Source of the DNA: an uncultured Clostridia bacterium
GTDB lineage: Bacteria > Bacillota > Clostridia > Christensenellales > UBA1242
Assembly (NCBI GenBank): GCA_944349765.1
Contig: CALVNN010000003.1
Location: forward strand, 5,786 to 69,785
DNA length: 64,000 nt
Reading direction: 5' to 3'
Shown: positions 45,272-55,991 of the stretch, piece by piece
Numbering within the stretch: the first letter of the stretch is position 1
How the letters are laid out: every line of letters begins with the position of its first letter
Position numbers and translations under genes: made by a program
The notes under the pieces: generated by a model
What the model was told of the DNA's origin: nothing
What the model saw: the letters and a program-made list of their open reading frames with translations, nothing else
Database searches by the model: none

Positions 45272-46372
45272 TTAATTTCTTGGCATTGGTCTAAATGGGC
45301 GAGTATCATTGTTTATTGTTGGATTTTCTCTGTCATCATTATCGGTTGCATTAGTATTAGTATTAGTTTTAGCATTAGTATTAGTATCAATACCTGTCAA
45401 ATTCGTGTTAGTGTTAGTGTTAGTGTTAGTGTTAGCGTTAGTGTTTTCATCTGTTACATTATTTTCATTAACTGTATTGTCAGTGTTTGAGTTGTTGTTA
45501 TTGTTATTGTTATTGTTATTGTTATTGTTATTGTTATTGTTTATTATATCGTTAGTAGATAAGTCTGTGTTATTAGTTAGATTAGAGTCATCAGTTTCTT
45601 GACTATTAGAGTCAATAGTATTTGTGTAAGGTGTGCCTGTTTCTTTGTTTAAGTCTTCAGATGTTTCCAAATTGGTTGAACCGACATAAAATTCAGCTTC
45701 GATGTAAGCCATAATTTTGATTTTTCCTGGTGTTATGCTAGACTCTACGCTATCGCTTCTAAGTAAAAATGAATCATATTGACTACAGCTATAATATGAC
45801 ATTTGTTCTTTTATCTCTTTTATACTAACTTCCTTTCCGCCGGATAGTGTTTGTGCTTTGGTGGTAGCATTGTCAAGTGCAAGCTCTAAAGCTTGATTGT
45901 AAGCAGTCTCCCTGTCGCTGTAATCTAATCTTACACCGTTAAAAGTATTGGCACCATTATCTATTAGTCCATTGATAATACTGCTAATTTGATTGAAGTT
46001 TGAAGTCGTAAACTCTAAACAATTTGATACTTGATATCCTATAAGTTCTCTACCTTCACTATAGTCATATTGTTGATAAGCATAATAATTAGTAGTACGT
46101 ATATCTTCTTCGTTAATACCATTCTCTACTAAGTAAGATATAATATTTGTAATTTTTTCATTATTTTCGTTGTTAGCTGAGATTAATTCTTTATTAAAAG
46201 TTTGTACTCCAAGTGATACTATAGCTTTGTCTGGTGTGATACTGATTTCTCCGCTACCAGAAACAGTTATAGTGTTATCATTAGTTTCATAAGCATAAGT
46301 TACTATACTTTGTTGACTTATTAATAATGCTATACATAATAAAAATACTGATAATAAACTTAATTTTTTCAT
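45272..46372 (-). CDS. SIMPL (DUF541) domain secreted protein with an Asn-rich / (Thr-Asn)n C-terminal tail
   Basis: Signal peptide, then ITVSGSGEISITPDKAIVSLGVQT (the SIMPL start), then N22 and TNTNTNTNTN tracts. Confidence 0.7.
   Translation of the reverse strand: MKKLSLLSVFLLCIALLISQQSIVTYAYETNDNTITVSGSGEISITPDKAIVSLGVQTFNKELISANNENNEKITNIISYLVENGINEEDIRTTNYYAYQQYDYSEGRELIGYQVSNCLEFTTSNFNQISSIINGLIDNGANTFNGVRLDYSDRETAYNQALELALDNATTKAQTLSGGKEVSIKEIKEQMSYYSCSQYDSFLLRSDSVESSITPGKIKIMAYIEAEFYVGSTNLETSEDLNKETGTPYTNTIDSNSQETDDSNLTNNTDLSTNDIINNNNNNNNNNNNNNNNNSNTDNTVNENNVTDENTNANTNTNTNTNTNLTGIDTNTNAKTNTNTNATDNDDRENPTINNDTRPFRPMPRN
45405..45545 (-). repeat. two in-frame hexanucleotide microsatellites
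   Basis: (GTGTTA)~6.5 at 45405-45445 and (GTTATT)~8 at 45491-45545 on the + strand. These encode (TN)n and poly-N on the coding strand. Confidence 0.9.
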
Positions 46373-46533
46373 TATTCACCTCTCTTTTTTCTTTAATTAG
46401 ATTGTGAATTAAAATGAAAATTATTTATATTTATTTTGGCTTATTTTATATAATTTTGTAAATAGTAATTTTAGCGGTATTTACTTATTTATTAAAATGT
46501 GGTAAAATCCATATATACTAAAGGAGTGTTGTA

Positions 46534-47385
46534 ATGGATATAAGAGAAGTAATCATACAAACATTAGAGTCACAAAAAGATATTATTTTGCAAACAAATT
46601 TAATTGATGTCAATAATGGCGGAGACAAGATTGAGTTTGAATCTATGATTAAAAGTTTAAAGTGGTTCGAGACTAGTATGCTAGAAGCAGACATATCTTC
46701 TACAAAGATAGAGAGTATGACATTTGTTCAAAAATATGAAGCAATAGGCACTATAGGGCTAATTGTTGAAGATAATAATATTAACGCTATAGTCTATTCT
46801 ATAGTAAAAAGCATTTGGTGCGGTAATAATGTAAAAATCCTATTAGATGATATGAAAAATTTTGGTACAATTAAATCCATTGTTTTAGCTATTGATAGTT
46901 GCATTAAGCTTGATGACCCAGCAAGATATGTTGAAATTGTCATGGATAAAGATGTATTCGTAAAAAATGTCACTGAATTAGACCTTATCATAGTTATAAG
47001 CTCTAAGACTTATTATAACGACTTATTAGAGTTAGTTAAATTACCTATTAAGTACATACCTTTTGCTAAAGGGAATTTTGTTATAACAAATGAAGATTTG
47101 TACAACAAGGCAAATAAGGAAGCTATGGTTGGCTGTGATATTTGCACTACGTTTGAATTAGAAGGTGCACAGTTTGTGGCAGACATAAAAGAAGCTGTAT
47201 TTATGGTAAATACTTGTTTTGATAATTATAAGACTATTCTGTTATCTGACAATAAAGAAGATATTGAATATTTTATACAGCATATAAAAAGCGATATTGT
47301 AGTGGTAAATAATATGAATTCTGATTTAGAACTTCCAAATTTGAATCAATATGATTTGCTAAAGCTCAAGAATTATTTTATATAA
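46534..47385 (+). CDS. hypothetical protein; shortened gamma-glutamyl-phosphate reductase (ProA)/ALDH-fold-like (tentative)
   Basis: IILQTNLIDVNNGG, YEAIGTIGLIVEDNNINAIVYSIVKSIWCGNNVKILL and DICTTFE line up with E. coli ProA [52 protein letters not shown] and STCNTVE (from memory). It is 283 aa versus ~415 aa for ProA. Confidence 0.35.
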   Translation: MDIREVIIQTLESQKDIILQTNLIDVNNGGDKIEFESMIKSLKWFETSMLEADISSTKIESMTFVQKYEAIGTIGLIVEDNNINAIVYSIVKSIWCGNNVKILLDDMKNFGTIKSIVLAIDSCIKLDDPARYVEIVMDKDVFVKNVTELDLIIVISSKTYYNDLLELVKLPIKYIPFAKGNFVITNEDLYNKANKEAMVGCDICTTFELEGAQFVADIKEAVFMVNTCFDNYKTILLSDNKEDIEYFIQHIKSDIVVVNNMNSDLELPNLNQYDLLKLKNYFI

Positions 47386-47394
47386 GAGGATTGT

Positions 47395-49110
47395 ATGGAA
47401 AAGACATTAGAAAGAGTTTCACAAACCGATATAATTAATGGCACTTTGATAGTACCAGGTGATATCACTAAAATAAGTAATTTAGCGTTTCAAGATGTGA
47501 ATTGCGAAAGTATTAAAACTTTGTATTTACCAAAGAAACTTAAAGACTTGAATTTTGAAGGTTTATATAAACTGACTAATTTGAATAATATTATTATAGA
47601 TAATAATTGTATTACTAAGCTTGATAATTTAAAGTTACTTACTAGCCTTAAAAAGCTTACCATTGTTTCAGATGGTACTAGTGTAGAGCTACCTTATAAT
47701 AAACATTATAGATTTAAACCAAATACATCTAAGGGATTACTGATTTACTTCAATTCGACCTCACAAGGTGCTGTGTGCTTATTTAAAAAAGATGATAAAC
47801 TTATCAAGATAACTAATGAATATCTCATAGATTTTTTTGACAAGCAGGGCAAAGCCAAGATGAATGGGACATATACATATGATAAGGTCATAAATATTTA
47901 CCATTGGCGTAAAAAGAATAGATTTTTGCCTAGCAATGTTGTTATCTATAATATGCCATTGAATATGATTGATAATTATTATATCAATAATAATTGCAAA
48001 GTTTGGGGAAAATTAATACAAGAATTAAATGTTACCCCAGAGAATATAGAACCTTTCTTTAAATGTTGTTTGTCACTTGGCATTTTTGATACAAGTAGTA
48101 AAACACGTGATAGAGCTTATGATTATATAACAAATACAAATAAGCTGTTGCCGCTTGAAATGTGGGTTAATTCTTTTCGTAATTGTAATACTGAAAAATT
48201 TGGCTTTAGAAAAGAATTTGCGGAGTTTTATTTAAGAAATTGTCAAACTCCTATTACATTCCTTACTGATGTAAATGATGAAAAAAGCTATGTTTCAGAT
48301 ATGTATAACAACTTAAATAGGATAAACAAAATTTACGCAAACAAAGTAATAAAAACTAATAGAAGAGCAGACTTATTGACTGAGAGAATGGTTATTTCAG
48401 CACTTAAAGACATACATAATCAAAATCAAGCTTTGATTGATTCAATGAATGAGGAAGCTTACCAATCTTTAGCTTCGACTGCTTGTAGGTATGGCTATTC
48501 AGCGAGTGATTGTGTTAAACTTGAGCAACTATTTATTAAAGCCAGTGAACGATTGTCTGAGTTTAATTTTGAGCCAGTTCGTGAGTCAACAGACATAAAC
48601 TTTGAATTGCTTAATAAGTTAGACCCTATATCCATAGCTTTAGGGGATATCACAAATTGTTGTCAAAAACTGGGTGACAATGGTGAGGAGTGTATGAGTT
48701 ATGGTGTTACCGAACCTAATTCGTGTTTTTTGGTGTTTAGGCGAAGTGATACTATACTTGGACAAAGTTGGGTATGGTTTGACAAAATTAAAAAGGTTGT
48801 TTGTCTAGATAATATAGAGGTGCCATACAAAATAGTAGCAGATATGCGAAAACATCAGGAATTTGCTAGTGAAGTGCTAGACTGTATAGAACGTGCTTGC
48901 AAGTATGTTTATAGTAATCTAAATGCTAAAGGTTTTAATGTAAAACAAGTCACAATTGGTAAAAGATTTAATTCTTTGAATGAGTTTTTGAGCAAAAAAT
49001 ATGAGATCAATAATAACGCTACTCTGCTTACTGGTTACCACGGTTATACTGATGCAAGAGAGCAGTACGTTGTATTTAATAAGGATTTAGAGGAAGATAG
49101 ACAACGATAA
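47395..49110 (+). CDS. hypothetical protein, N-terminal LRR-like region plus a Cys-rich C-terminal domain
   Basis: It starts 9 nt after the upstream stop, with an AGAGGA RBS. LRR-like NLNNIIIDNNCITKLDNLKLLTSLKKLTI. C-terminal LGDITNCCQKLGDNGEECMSYG...GQSWVWFD. No family recognised. Confidence 0.6.
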   Translation: MEKTLERVSQTDIINGTLIVPGDITKISNLAFQDVNCESIKTLYLPKKLKDLNFEGLYKLTNLNNIIIDNNCITKLDNLKLLTSLKKLTIVSDGTSVELPYNKHYRFKPNTSKGLLIYFNSTSQGAVCLFKKDDKLIKITNEYLIDFFDKQGKAKMNGTYTYDKVINIYHWRKKNRFLPSNVVIYNMPLNMIDNYYINNNCKVWGKLIQELNVTPENIEPFFKCCLSLGIFDTSSKTRDRAYDYITNTNKLLPLEMWVNSFRNCNTEKFGFRKEFAEFYLRNCQTPITFLTDVNDEKSYVSDMYNNLNRINKIYANKVIKTNRRADLLTERMVISALKDIHNQNQALIDSMNEEAYQSLASTACRYGYSASDCVKLEQLFIKASERLSEFNFEPVRESTDINFELLNKLDPISIALGDITNCCQKLGDNGEECMSYGVTEPNSCFLVFRRSDTILGQSWVWFDKIKKVVCLDNIEVPYKIVADMRKHQEFASEVLDCIERACKYVYSNLNAKGFNVKQVTIGKRFNSLNEFLSKKYEINNNATLLTGYHGYTDAREQYVVFNKDLEEDRQR

Positions 49111-49215
49111 GTTATCTTTTATTTAATTTTTAGCATATTTTGTTTAATCTTGGTTGATAAATTTTATATTTTATGCTAAAATATGGTTATAATATATTGC
49201 GAGGTGAGATTTAAA

Positions 49216-49758
49216 ATGAATATGGATACAATTTGGCACACCATAGATGATAGTCGTATCACAAAAGATGACTTTATGGCTGTGATTGAAATCCCTAAGG
49301 GATCTAAGAAAAAATATGAAATGGACAAAGAGACTGGTTATATGATGCTTGATAGAATTTTGTACACAAGTACTCATTATCCTGCTAACTACGGATTTAT
49401 TCCTAGAACTATGAGCGAAGATGGTGACCCTCTAGATGTCTTGGTGCTTTGCTCAGAGAGTTTGGATACTGGCACTATGGTTAGGTGCTATCCTATAGGT
49501 ACGGTTACAATGATAGATGATGGTAAGAGTGATGCTAAGATTATAGCTATACCTTTTAAAGATCCATTGTATAATGAGTATAAGAGCATTAGTAGCTTGC
49601 CAAAACACGTGGCTAATGAAATGGTACACTTCTTAAAGATTTATAAAGAACTTGAAAATAAGGTTACAGAAGTTAAAGAAATGGAAGGCGATGAAGCAGC
49701 TAGAAATGCTATTCAGGATGCTAAGATTCGTTACAAACTTCAATTTGGTCAAAATTAA
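49216..49758 (+). CDS. ppa: inorganic pyrophosphatase (family I)
   Basis: VIEIPKGSKKKYEMDKETG, YPANYGFIPRT and DGDPLDVLVL. The ATG at 49216 follows a GAGGTGAG. Confidence 0.9.
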   Translation: MNMDTIWHTIDDSRITKDDFMAVIEIPKGSKKKYEMDKETGYMMLDRILYTSTHYPANYGFIPRTMSEDGDPLDVLVLCSESLDTGTMVRCYPIGTVTMIDDGKSDAKIIAIPFKDPLYNEYKSISSLPKHVANEMVHFLKIYKELENKVTEVKEMEGDEAARNAIQDAKIRYKLQFGQN

Positions 49759-49776
49759 AATCTATTAGGAGATTAT

Positions 49777-51732
49777 ATGGATTTTGAGCTTATAACTAGT
49801 ATGAAACCATCAGGTGATCAACCTGAAGCTATTGATAAACTGGTGAAAGGCTTTCAAGACGGACTAAAAGCACAAGTTCTACTTGGTGTAACTGGTAGTG
49901 GAAAGACTTTTACGATGGCAAATGTCATTGCACAACTTAATAGACCTGCGCTAGTGATAGCTCATAATAAAACCCTTGCCGCTCAGCTTTGCAATGAGTT
50001 GCGAGAGTTTTTTCCTAATAACCGAGTGGAGTTTTTTGTAAGTTATTATGATTATTATCAACCTGAAGCTTATATTAGTAGCACAGATACTTATATAGCG
50101 AAAGATTTGAGTATCAACGATGAGATTGATAAACTAAGACATTCAGCTACAAGTTCGCTTCTTGAAAGGCGTGACGTGATAGTTGTTGCGTCGGTGAGTT
50201 GTATCTATGGACTTGGAGCTCCTGAAGAATATTATAACTTGCATGTTTCTCTTCGTGAGGGGGACGAAAAGCCTTTAAAAGATGTAATAAGGCAATTAGT
50301 AGAGATTCAATATCAAAGGAATGATATTGATTTTGTTCGTGGTACTTTTAGAGTGAAAGGTGACACACTTGATATATATCCTGCCGGGGCAGATAATTAT
50401 GCGTATCGTATTGAGTATTTTGGGGATACAATAGAAGCCATATATGAGATTAATCCACTCACAGGTAAATCAAAATCAGCTTTAAGCCATGCAGCTATTT
50501 TCCCAGCAACTCACTATGCTATAGATTCTAAGCGTACGGAGTCAGCATTGAAGCAAATTGAAGAAGATGCTGAAAAAATGAGAAAGTATTTTTTAGAGAA
50601 CGAAAGATTTATTGAAGCACAGAGAATTGCTGAACGTACTAAGTACGATATTGAGATGATAAGAGAAGTCGGCTATTGTAGTGGTATAGAAAATTATTCT
50701 AGGTACTTTGATGGGCGAAAGCCTGGCGAACCACCATATACGCTATTGGATTATTTTCCTAAAGACGCTATCATTATGATAGATGAAAGTCATATTACGT
50801 TACCTCAAATTAGGGCTATGTATGCTGGTGATAAAGCGAGAAAAACTTCTCTCGTAGATTATGGATTTAGATTGCCTTCAGCGTTTGACAATAGACCGCT
50901 TAATTTTGATGAATTTTTGGAAAGGATTGGGCAAACACTTTTTGTGTCAGCGACTCCTCAAAAGTTTGAGCTTGAGTATTCAAATCATGAGATAGTTGAG
51001 CAGATTATTAGGCCGACAGGACTGTTAGACCCAATTATTGTTGTAAAGCCTTCGACAAATCAAATTGACGATTTGACTACGGAGATTTTAGGTGTAGTGA
51101 GTAAAGGTCAAAGAGTGCTTGTAACTACTTTGACTAAAAAAATGGCAGAGAATTTAACCGATTATTTGACTAAGCACACAATTAAAGCTTGCTATATGCA
51201 TAGCGATATTGACACTTTGGAGCGTGTCGAGATTATAAAGAGCCTAAGAGAGGGTAAGTATGATGTTATTGTTGGGATTAACCTTCTTAGAGAAGGGCTT
51301 GATTTGCCTGAGGTTAGCTTAGTTGCTATTTTGGATGCTGATAAGGAAGGCTTTTTAAGAAGTGAAGGTGCTTTAATACAAACTATTGGTAGGGCAGCAA
51401 GAAATGCAGATGGACGAGTTATAATGTATGCTGATAACGTGACCGATAGTATGAAACGTGCTATTTATGAGACAGAGAGAAGAAGAAAAATCCAAAATGA
51501 ATATAATAAAGCTCACAACATAGTACCAAAGACAATATCTAAAGCCATTTCTAATACATTACTAATAACTAAAAAGGATGTTCCAAAGAAGAAGCTTAAC
51601 AAGAAAGAAATAGAGGAAGAAATTAATAGTTTGCGTGAGCTTATGAAGATAGCTACGGATGCTTTGGATTTTGAACGTGCTATTGAAATTAGGGATTATA
51701 TAAATGAATTAAAAAAGAACCATCCTAAGTAA
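49777..51732 (+). CDS. uvrB: excinuclease ABC subunit B
   Basis: [17 protein letters not shown], helicase motifs, a beta-hairpin region and a C-terminal UVR domain. Confidence 0.95.
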   Translation: MDFELITSMKPSGDQPEAIDKLVKGFQDGLKAQVLLGVTGSGKTFTMANVIAQLNRPALVIAHNKTLAAQLCNELREFFPNNRVEFFVSYYDYYQPEAYISSTDTYIAKDLSINDEIDKLRHSATSSLLERRDVIVVASVSCIYGLGAPEEYYNLHVSLREGDEKPLKDVIRQLVEIQYQRNDIDFVRGTFRVKGDTLDIYPAGADNYAYRIEYFGDTIEAIYEINPLTGKSKSALSHAAIFPATHYAIDSKRTESALKQIEEDAEKMRKYFLENERFIEAQRIAERTKYDIEMIREVGYCSGIENYSRYFDGRKPGEPPYTLLDYFPKDAIIMIDESHITLPQIRAMYAGDKARKTSLVDYGFRLPSAFDNRPLNFDEFLERIGQTLFVSATPQKFELEYSNHEIVEQIIRPTGLLDPIIVVKPSTNQIDDLTTEILGVVSKGQRVLVTTLTKKMAENLTDYLTKHTIKACYMHSDIDTLERVEIIKSLREGKYDVIVGINLLREGLDLPEVSLVAILDADKEGFLRSEGALIQTIGRAARNADGRVIMYADNVTDSMKRAIYETERRRKIQNEYNKAHNIVPKTISKAISNTLLITKKDVPKKKLNKKEIEEEINSLRELMKIATDALDFERAIEIRDYINELKKNHPK

Positions 51733-51740
51733 GGAGGGTT

Positions 51741-52286
51741 CTATTTATTTTCTTCGTCAGATAGTAGATTGATAAATATTGATTCGTATATCTCCGGAGC
51801 TTTGTCTATCCATTTTTTTGTAGCATTTATAGCTGAAGTACGACTATCCATTTTTACAGACATCTCAAATAATGTACCTAGCAAAGGCTCTCGTATTGTG
51901 AATATAGCAGTATAACTACCATCTGCCATTTTTTCGTATTTGGATACGTATTCTTGTCGTCTTTTTATATTTTGTATGTTTAATTTGCAGTATGTAGATA
52001 TCTCATCTCTAAGTGATTGAGGTATCTTATTATAAAACATTGCAAGACAGTTGCGTCCTTCATACGTCAATGTATAATACGCTTCGTGTGAATGTTCGCT
52101 TGGCTGATATATTAGCTTTGTATCCATTAGTTGAGCTATCACTTCTTCACATTCCATATAATTAAGCCACGAATTTCTATGAGTGCATATGTCTATAATT
52201 GAACTATTAGTTAGAGGGATTTCCATCTTCTCTAAAACGAACATTAGTATTAATTTATTTGTGGCACTTTCAGGCATTACGTCCAT
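51741..52286 (-). CDS. DUF4364-like protein (Clostridia-typical, function unknown)
   Basis: MDVMPESATNKLILMFVLEKMEIPLTNSSII... The start is uncertain (ATG at 52286 or 52319). Confidence 0.5.
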   Translation of the reverse strand: MDVMPESATNKLILMFVLEKMEIPLTNSSIIDICTHRNSWLNYMECEEVIAQLMDTKLIYQPSEHSHEAYYTLTYEGRNCLAMFYNKIPQSLRDEISTYCKLNIQNIKRRQEYVSKYEKMADGSYTAIFTIREPLLGTLFEMSVKMDSRTSAINATKKWIDKAPEIYESIFINLLSDEENK

Positions 52287-52419
52287 AGCAGTTATCCTTT
52301 TATAGAAAATCTTTATCATTATAGCAAATATTTTGTAAAAAGTGAAATATTTTTTGTGAAAATTATTGATTTTATTTTTTATTTTGTGCTATTCTATTAT
52401 ATATTAAGTGAGGAGTATT

Positions 52420-53139
52420 ATGAAAAACGTTAGCGTAGAAGAAGCGAGAAAAATAAAAGAATTCTGTAATTCTTGTGATGATATGATTAATGGTAAATTC
52501 ATTTTGGCAGACGTTAAAATATCTAATATTTTGAAGTCAATTGCTCAAAGTAAAGAGTTATATAATCTTATGGCCGAATGTTTGCTTAATTTTAATTTTG
52601 ATGAAGAGTTCCGTAAGGCTAAAATTTCTAATTTGGGCGAGAAGCACTTTAAAATGCCTGATGCTGATTACAAACGTATTGCTTTGACTTTTTGCTTTAT
52701 GGTAGAAGTGGATAATAAGAAAATTGAGTTTTATGATTTTATATCAAATTATTTTAGATCTGAAGATGCTCCAGGTTCGGAATATATGATATTTGCAAAA
52801 ACTATGCTTGTCACTTTTAAGAATGACGTCGTGAATAAGTTTAATCTAGACAATGCAAAAGTCGAAACGGCTTTAACAAAGACTAGTGTGAGTTTATCAG
52901 ATAAACTAATTCGTAAATTACAAGAAATAAAAAATTTAAGTGATATTAATCCAAAAGTAAAAGATAGAAATAAAGAAGTAATATCTATTTATGTTAAGGC
53001 TTTAATAGAAGCTATCAAAATTGGAAATAAAAGGATCATATCAGCATTGGCAATGGCTTTTGATGCTGTTATGAGAAAAGTAAAACCATTACGTGGCTTG
53101 TACGAAGAATTCACAGCTTTACTAATTAAAATTTATTAA
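52420..53139 (+). CDS. hypothetical protein
   Basis: The ATG at 52420 follows a GAGGAG. 239 aa, helical, no recognisable motif. Confidence 0.6.
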   Translation: MKNVSVEEARKIKEFCNSCDDMINGKFILADVKISNILKSIAQSKELYNLMAECLLNFNFDEEFRKAKISNLGEKHFKMPDADYKRIALTFCFMVEVDNKKIEFYDFISNYFRSEDAPGSEYMIFAKTMLVTFKNDVVNKFNLDNAKVETALTKTSVSLSDKLIRKLQEIKNLSDINPKVKDRNKEVISIYVKALIEAIKIGNKRIISALAMAFDAVMRKVKPLRGLYEEFTALLIKIY

Positions 53140-53153
53140 TAATATCAGTACAT

Positions 53154-53199
53154 AAAAACGAGCTTTTATAGACTTAGTTCTATTAAAGCTCGTTTTTTT
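53154..53199. terminator. bidirectional terminator
   Basis: AAAAACGAGCTTT...AAAGCTCGTTTTTTT. Confidence 0.75.
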
Positions 53200-53220
53200 A
53201 GTGTTTGTATTTAAGCAAAA

Positions 53221-53295
53221 ATGGTACCCCCAAGGGGAGTCGAACCCCTGATTCCAGCGTGAGAGGCTAGCGTCTTGACCACTTGACCATGAGGG
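53221..53295 (-). tRNA. tRNA-Glu (anticodon CUC), CCA encoded
   Basis: The reverse complement is GCCCTCATGGTCAAGTGGTCAAGACGCTAGCCTCTCACGCTGGAATCAGGGGTTCGACTCCCCTTGGGGGTACCA. Anticodon stem CTAGC/GCTGG with loop CTCTCAC. The D-loop is Glu-like. Confidence 0.85.
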
Positions 53296-53363
53296 CTTAA
53301 ATGTCAAACAATGTAATTATATCAAAAAAAACTATTTATTGCAATAGTTTTTTTTAAAATAAT

Positions 53364-54137
53364 TTATTTATTAAACATTTTATTTACAATACTCAAAAAC
53401 AATTTTTTAGGAACAATATTTGATAAAAAATAGAATACCTTGTATTTAAAGCCTATTATTTTTTGATATGGCAATCTAGTTTTATTGGTTATCTTGTATA
53501 TTTTCTTAGCTACTTTTTCTACCGGCATTCGCTTATCTTCTCGGCTATCTATTTTTTTTGCTGAGTTAGTAATACTTTCGCCATATCTGTCATTACTTGA
53601 ATCTATCTTGACTCTATTCGCTGTAAAATTAGTTTTGGTATCGCCTGGGCAAATCGCACAGCATTGGATACCGCTTTTTTTACATTCCATATTGAGTCCA
53701 AAGCTTAGCATATTTACAGCTGATTTACTTGCACAATACATTGCTCTATAAGGTAAAGCAAATAATGCACATACAGAGCTTATGTTTATTATCTTGCTTC
53801 CTTTATCCATAAGTGGTAAAGCGCATTGCGTACAATAAAGTACGCCAAAGAAATTGACATCAAATAATTTTTTTACTTCCTCAGCTGGCAGTAATTCAAT
53901 AGCTCCAGACAGCCCAAACCCAGCATTGTTTATAAGTATGTCAATATGTCCATATTTTGTTTTTATACTATCAAAAACTTGTTTTACATTTTCTAAATCA
54001 GATACATCACATATATAGTGATTAGGTGAGTCAATATTGCTTCGTGAAATCGTTATAACATTATCATCTTTTTGAAACAATGAGGCTAACTCTTTCCCAA
54101 TTCCGCTTGATGCACCAGTGATTACTATATTTCTCAT
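53364..54137 (-). CDS. SDR-family short-chain oxidoreductase
   Basis: ITGASSGIG Rossmann motif, NNAG, and the YCASK catalytic Y-x3-K. Confidence 0.85.
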   Translation of the reverse strand: MRNIVITGASSGIGKELASLFQKDDNVITISRSNIDSPNHYICDVSDLENVKQVFDSIKTKYGHIDILINNAGFGLSGAIELLPAEEVKKLFDVNFFGVLYCTQCALPLMDKGSKIINISSVCALFALPYRAMYCASKSAVNMLSFGLNMECKKSGIQCCAICPGDTKTNFTANRVKIDSSNDRYGESITNSAKKIDSREDKRMPVEKVAKKIYKITNKTRLPYQKIIGFKYKVFYFLSNIVPKKLFLSIVNKMFNK

Positions 54138-54152
54138 ATATTACTCCTTACT

Positions 54153-55991
54153 TTACTTTTTTAGATTGCATAATAGTACTGCAATGTCGGCAGGATTAAC
54201 GCCACTTATTCGGCTAGCTTGTCCCAAAGATGCTGGTTTGATAAGATTTAGTTTTTCTATTGCTTCTTTTCTCAGACCGTGAATGTTAGAGTAGTTGTAA
54301 TCTTTTGGTATTAAGATTGTCTCATTTTTTATAAAACTAGCTATCTGTTCTTCTTCTCTTTTCAAGTAGCCGTCGTATTTAATATCAGTAGACAATGTTC
54401 TTAAGGTCATCTCGCTAATGTTTTCAAACACGTTTAAAAATCTCTTAGCTAGGATAGCATCAATATTGTTTCTACGTATTATACCCTCAAGAGTTATACC
54501 GCTTTTTGGTAAATTTTCTTTTGCAAATTCAAACAATTCTCTTACCTCATTAGGTGAGAACGTTTTGTTTAGTTCACTTTTTGCTTTTTCGAGCTCTTGT
54601 AATTTATCATAGTATTTTTTTTGCCTTTTTTCGTTAGCTAGACCTATTTGAATAGCGTAAGGTGTTAGCCTTAAGTCGGCATTGTCTTGCCTTAAGTGTA
54701 ATCTGTATTCTGCTCGGCTTGTCATCATCCTATATGGCTCTTCAGTGCCCTTTGTTACAAGGTCGTCTATCAATACACCAATATAGCTTTCATTACGCTT
54801 TAGTATTAGAGGCTCTTTGCCTTGCAAGTATAATCCAGCATTGATACCAGCAATTAACCCTTGTGCGCCTGCTTCTTCATAACCGCTACTACCATTTATT
54901 TGTCCTGCTGTAAATAGCCCTCTGCAACCTTTGTATTCGAGGGTAGGGTAAAGCTGTGTCGAGTCAATACAATCATATTCTATTGCGTAAGCGTCTCTTA
55001 AAATCTCTACATTTTCAAGTCCTATTATGCTTTTATACATTTGTTTTTGTACATCAATTGGCATAGATGTACTTACGCCTTGAACATAATATTCTTTTGT
55101 GGATAAAGACTCAGGCTCCAAAAATACTTGATGACGTTCTTTATCCGCAAAACGAACTACTTTAGATTCAATACTAGGACAGTATCTAGGACCAACCCCA
55201 CTTATAGATCCATTATACATAGGACATCTATCTAGGTTTTTTAGAATAATGTCTTTTGTTTCTTTTGTGGTATATGTTAAGTAGCATTTAACTTTATTTT
55301 CAGGTTGGGTGTCTGTAAGGAAACTAAAAGTTTGAATTCCTTCATCGCCAATTTGCTCAGTCATAAGTGATAGATTAAGGCTGTCAAAATGCACTCTTGC
55401 AGGTGTTCCAGTCTTAAATCTACGCACATTAAACCCTAGGTTAATCAGACTTTGAGTAAGTTGTTTTGCATTAGCGAAGCCGTTTGGTCCTACATCTCTA
55501 GTATATTCACCAATAATAATACTGCTATTTAGGTAAACACCAGTTGCAACTACCACAGCGTCTGCCTCTAATGTGTCACCCTGTGCGGTTTTTACTGCTT
55601 TAACCACATTATTTTCGGTTATGATATCTATAGCTTCGGCTTGCTTTATATGGAGATTTTGTTGTGACTCTAAGGTACGCTTCATCTCATTGTGATATTC
55701 ATTTTTATCTGATTGCGCACGTAAAGATTGTACGGCTGGTCCTTTACCTAAATTAAGCATTCTTAATTGTATAAGTGTTTTATCTGTATTAATGCCCATT
55801 TGACCACCCAAAGCATCTATTTCACATACTAAATGACCCTTTGCAGTGCCTCCAATAGATGGATTGCATGCCAAAAAAGATATGCTGTCAAGATTTAAGC
55901 ATAACAAAGTCGTATCTATTCCCATTCGTGCCAAGGCGAGCCCAGCCTCAACACCTGCGTGACCGCCTCCAATAACTACTGCTTTTTTCAT
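54153..55991 (-). CDS. mnmG: tRNA uridine 5-carboxymethylaminomethyl modification enzyme MnmG (GidA)
   Basis: VIGGGHAGVEAG FAD motif, GPRYCPSIE and GQINGSSGYEEAGAQG. The ATG at 55991 follows an AAGGTG. Confidence 0.9.
   Translation of the reverse strand: MKKAVVIGGGHAGVEAGLALARMGIDTTLLCLNLDSISFLACNPSIGGTAKGHLVCEIDALGGQMGINTDKTLIQLRMLNLGKGPAVQSLRAQSDKNEYHNEMKRTLESQQNLHIKQAEAIDIITENNVVKAVKTAQGDTLEADAVVVATGVYLNSSIIIGEYTRDVGPNGFANAKQLTQSLINLGFNVRRFKTGTPARVHFDSLNLSLMTEQIGDEGIQTFSFLTDTQPENKVKCYLTYTTKETKDIILKNLDRCPMYNGSISGVGPRYCPSIESKVVRFADKERHQVFLEPESLSTKEYYVQGVSTSMPIDVQKQMYKSIIGLENVEILRDAYAIEYDCIDSTQLYPTLEYKGCRGLFTAGQINGSSGYEEAGAQGLIAGINAGLYLQGKEPLILKRNESYIGVLIDDLVTKGTEEPYRMMTSRAEYRLHLRQDNADLRLTPYAIQIGLANEKRQKKYYDKLQELEKAKSELNKTFSPNEVRELFEFAKENLPKSGITLEGIIRRNNIDAILAKRFLNVFENISEMTLRTLSTDIKYDGYLKREEEQIASFIKNETILIPKDYNYSNIHGLRKEAIEKLNLIKPASLGQASRISGVNPADIAVLLCNLKK

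Noticed and set aside
45309-45602. 97-aa plus-strand poly-Leu/Val ORF
   Set aside because: It is an artefact of reading the hexanucleotide microsatellites of the SIMPL gene on the opposite strand.
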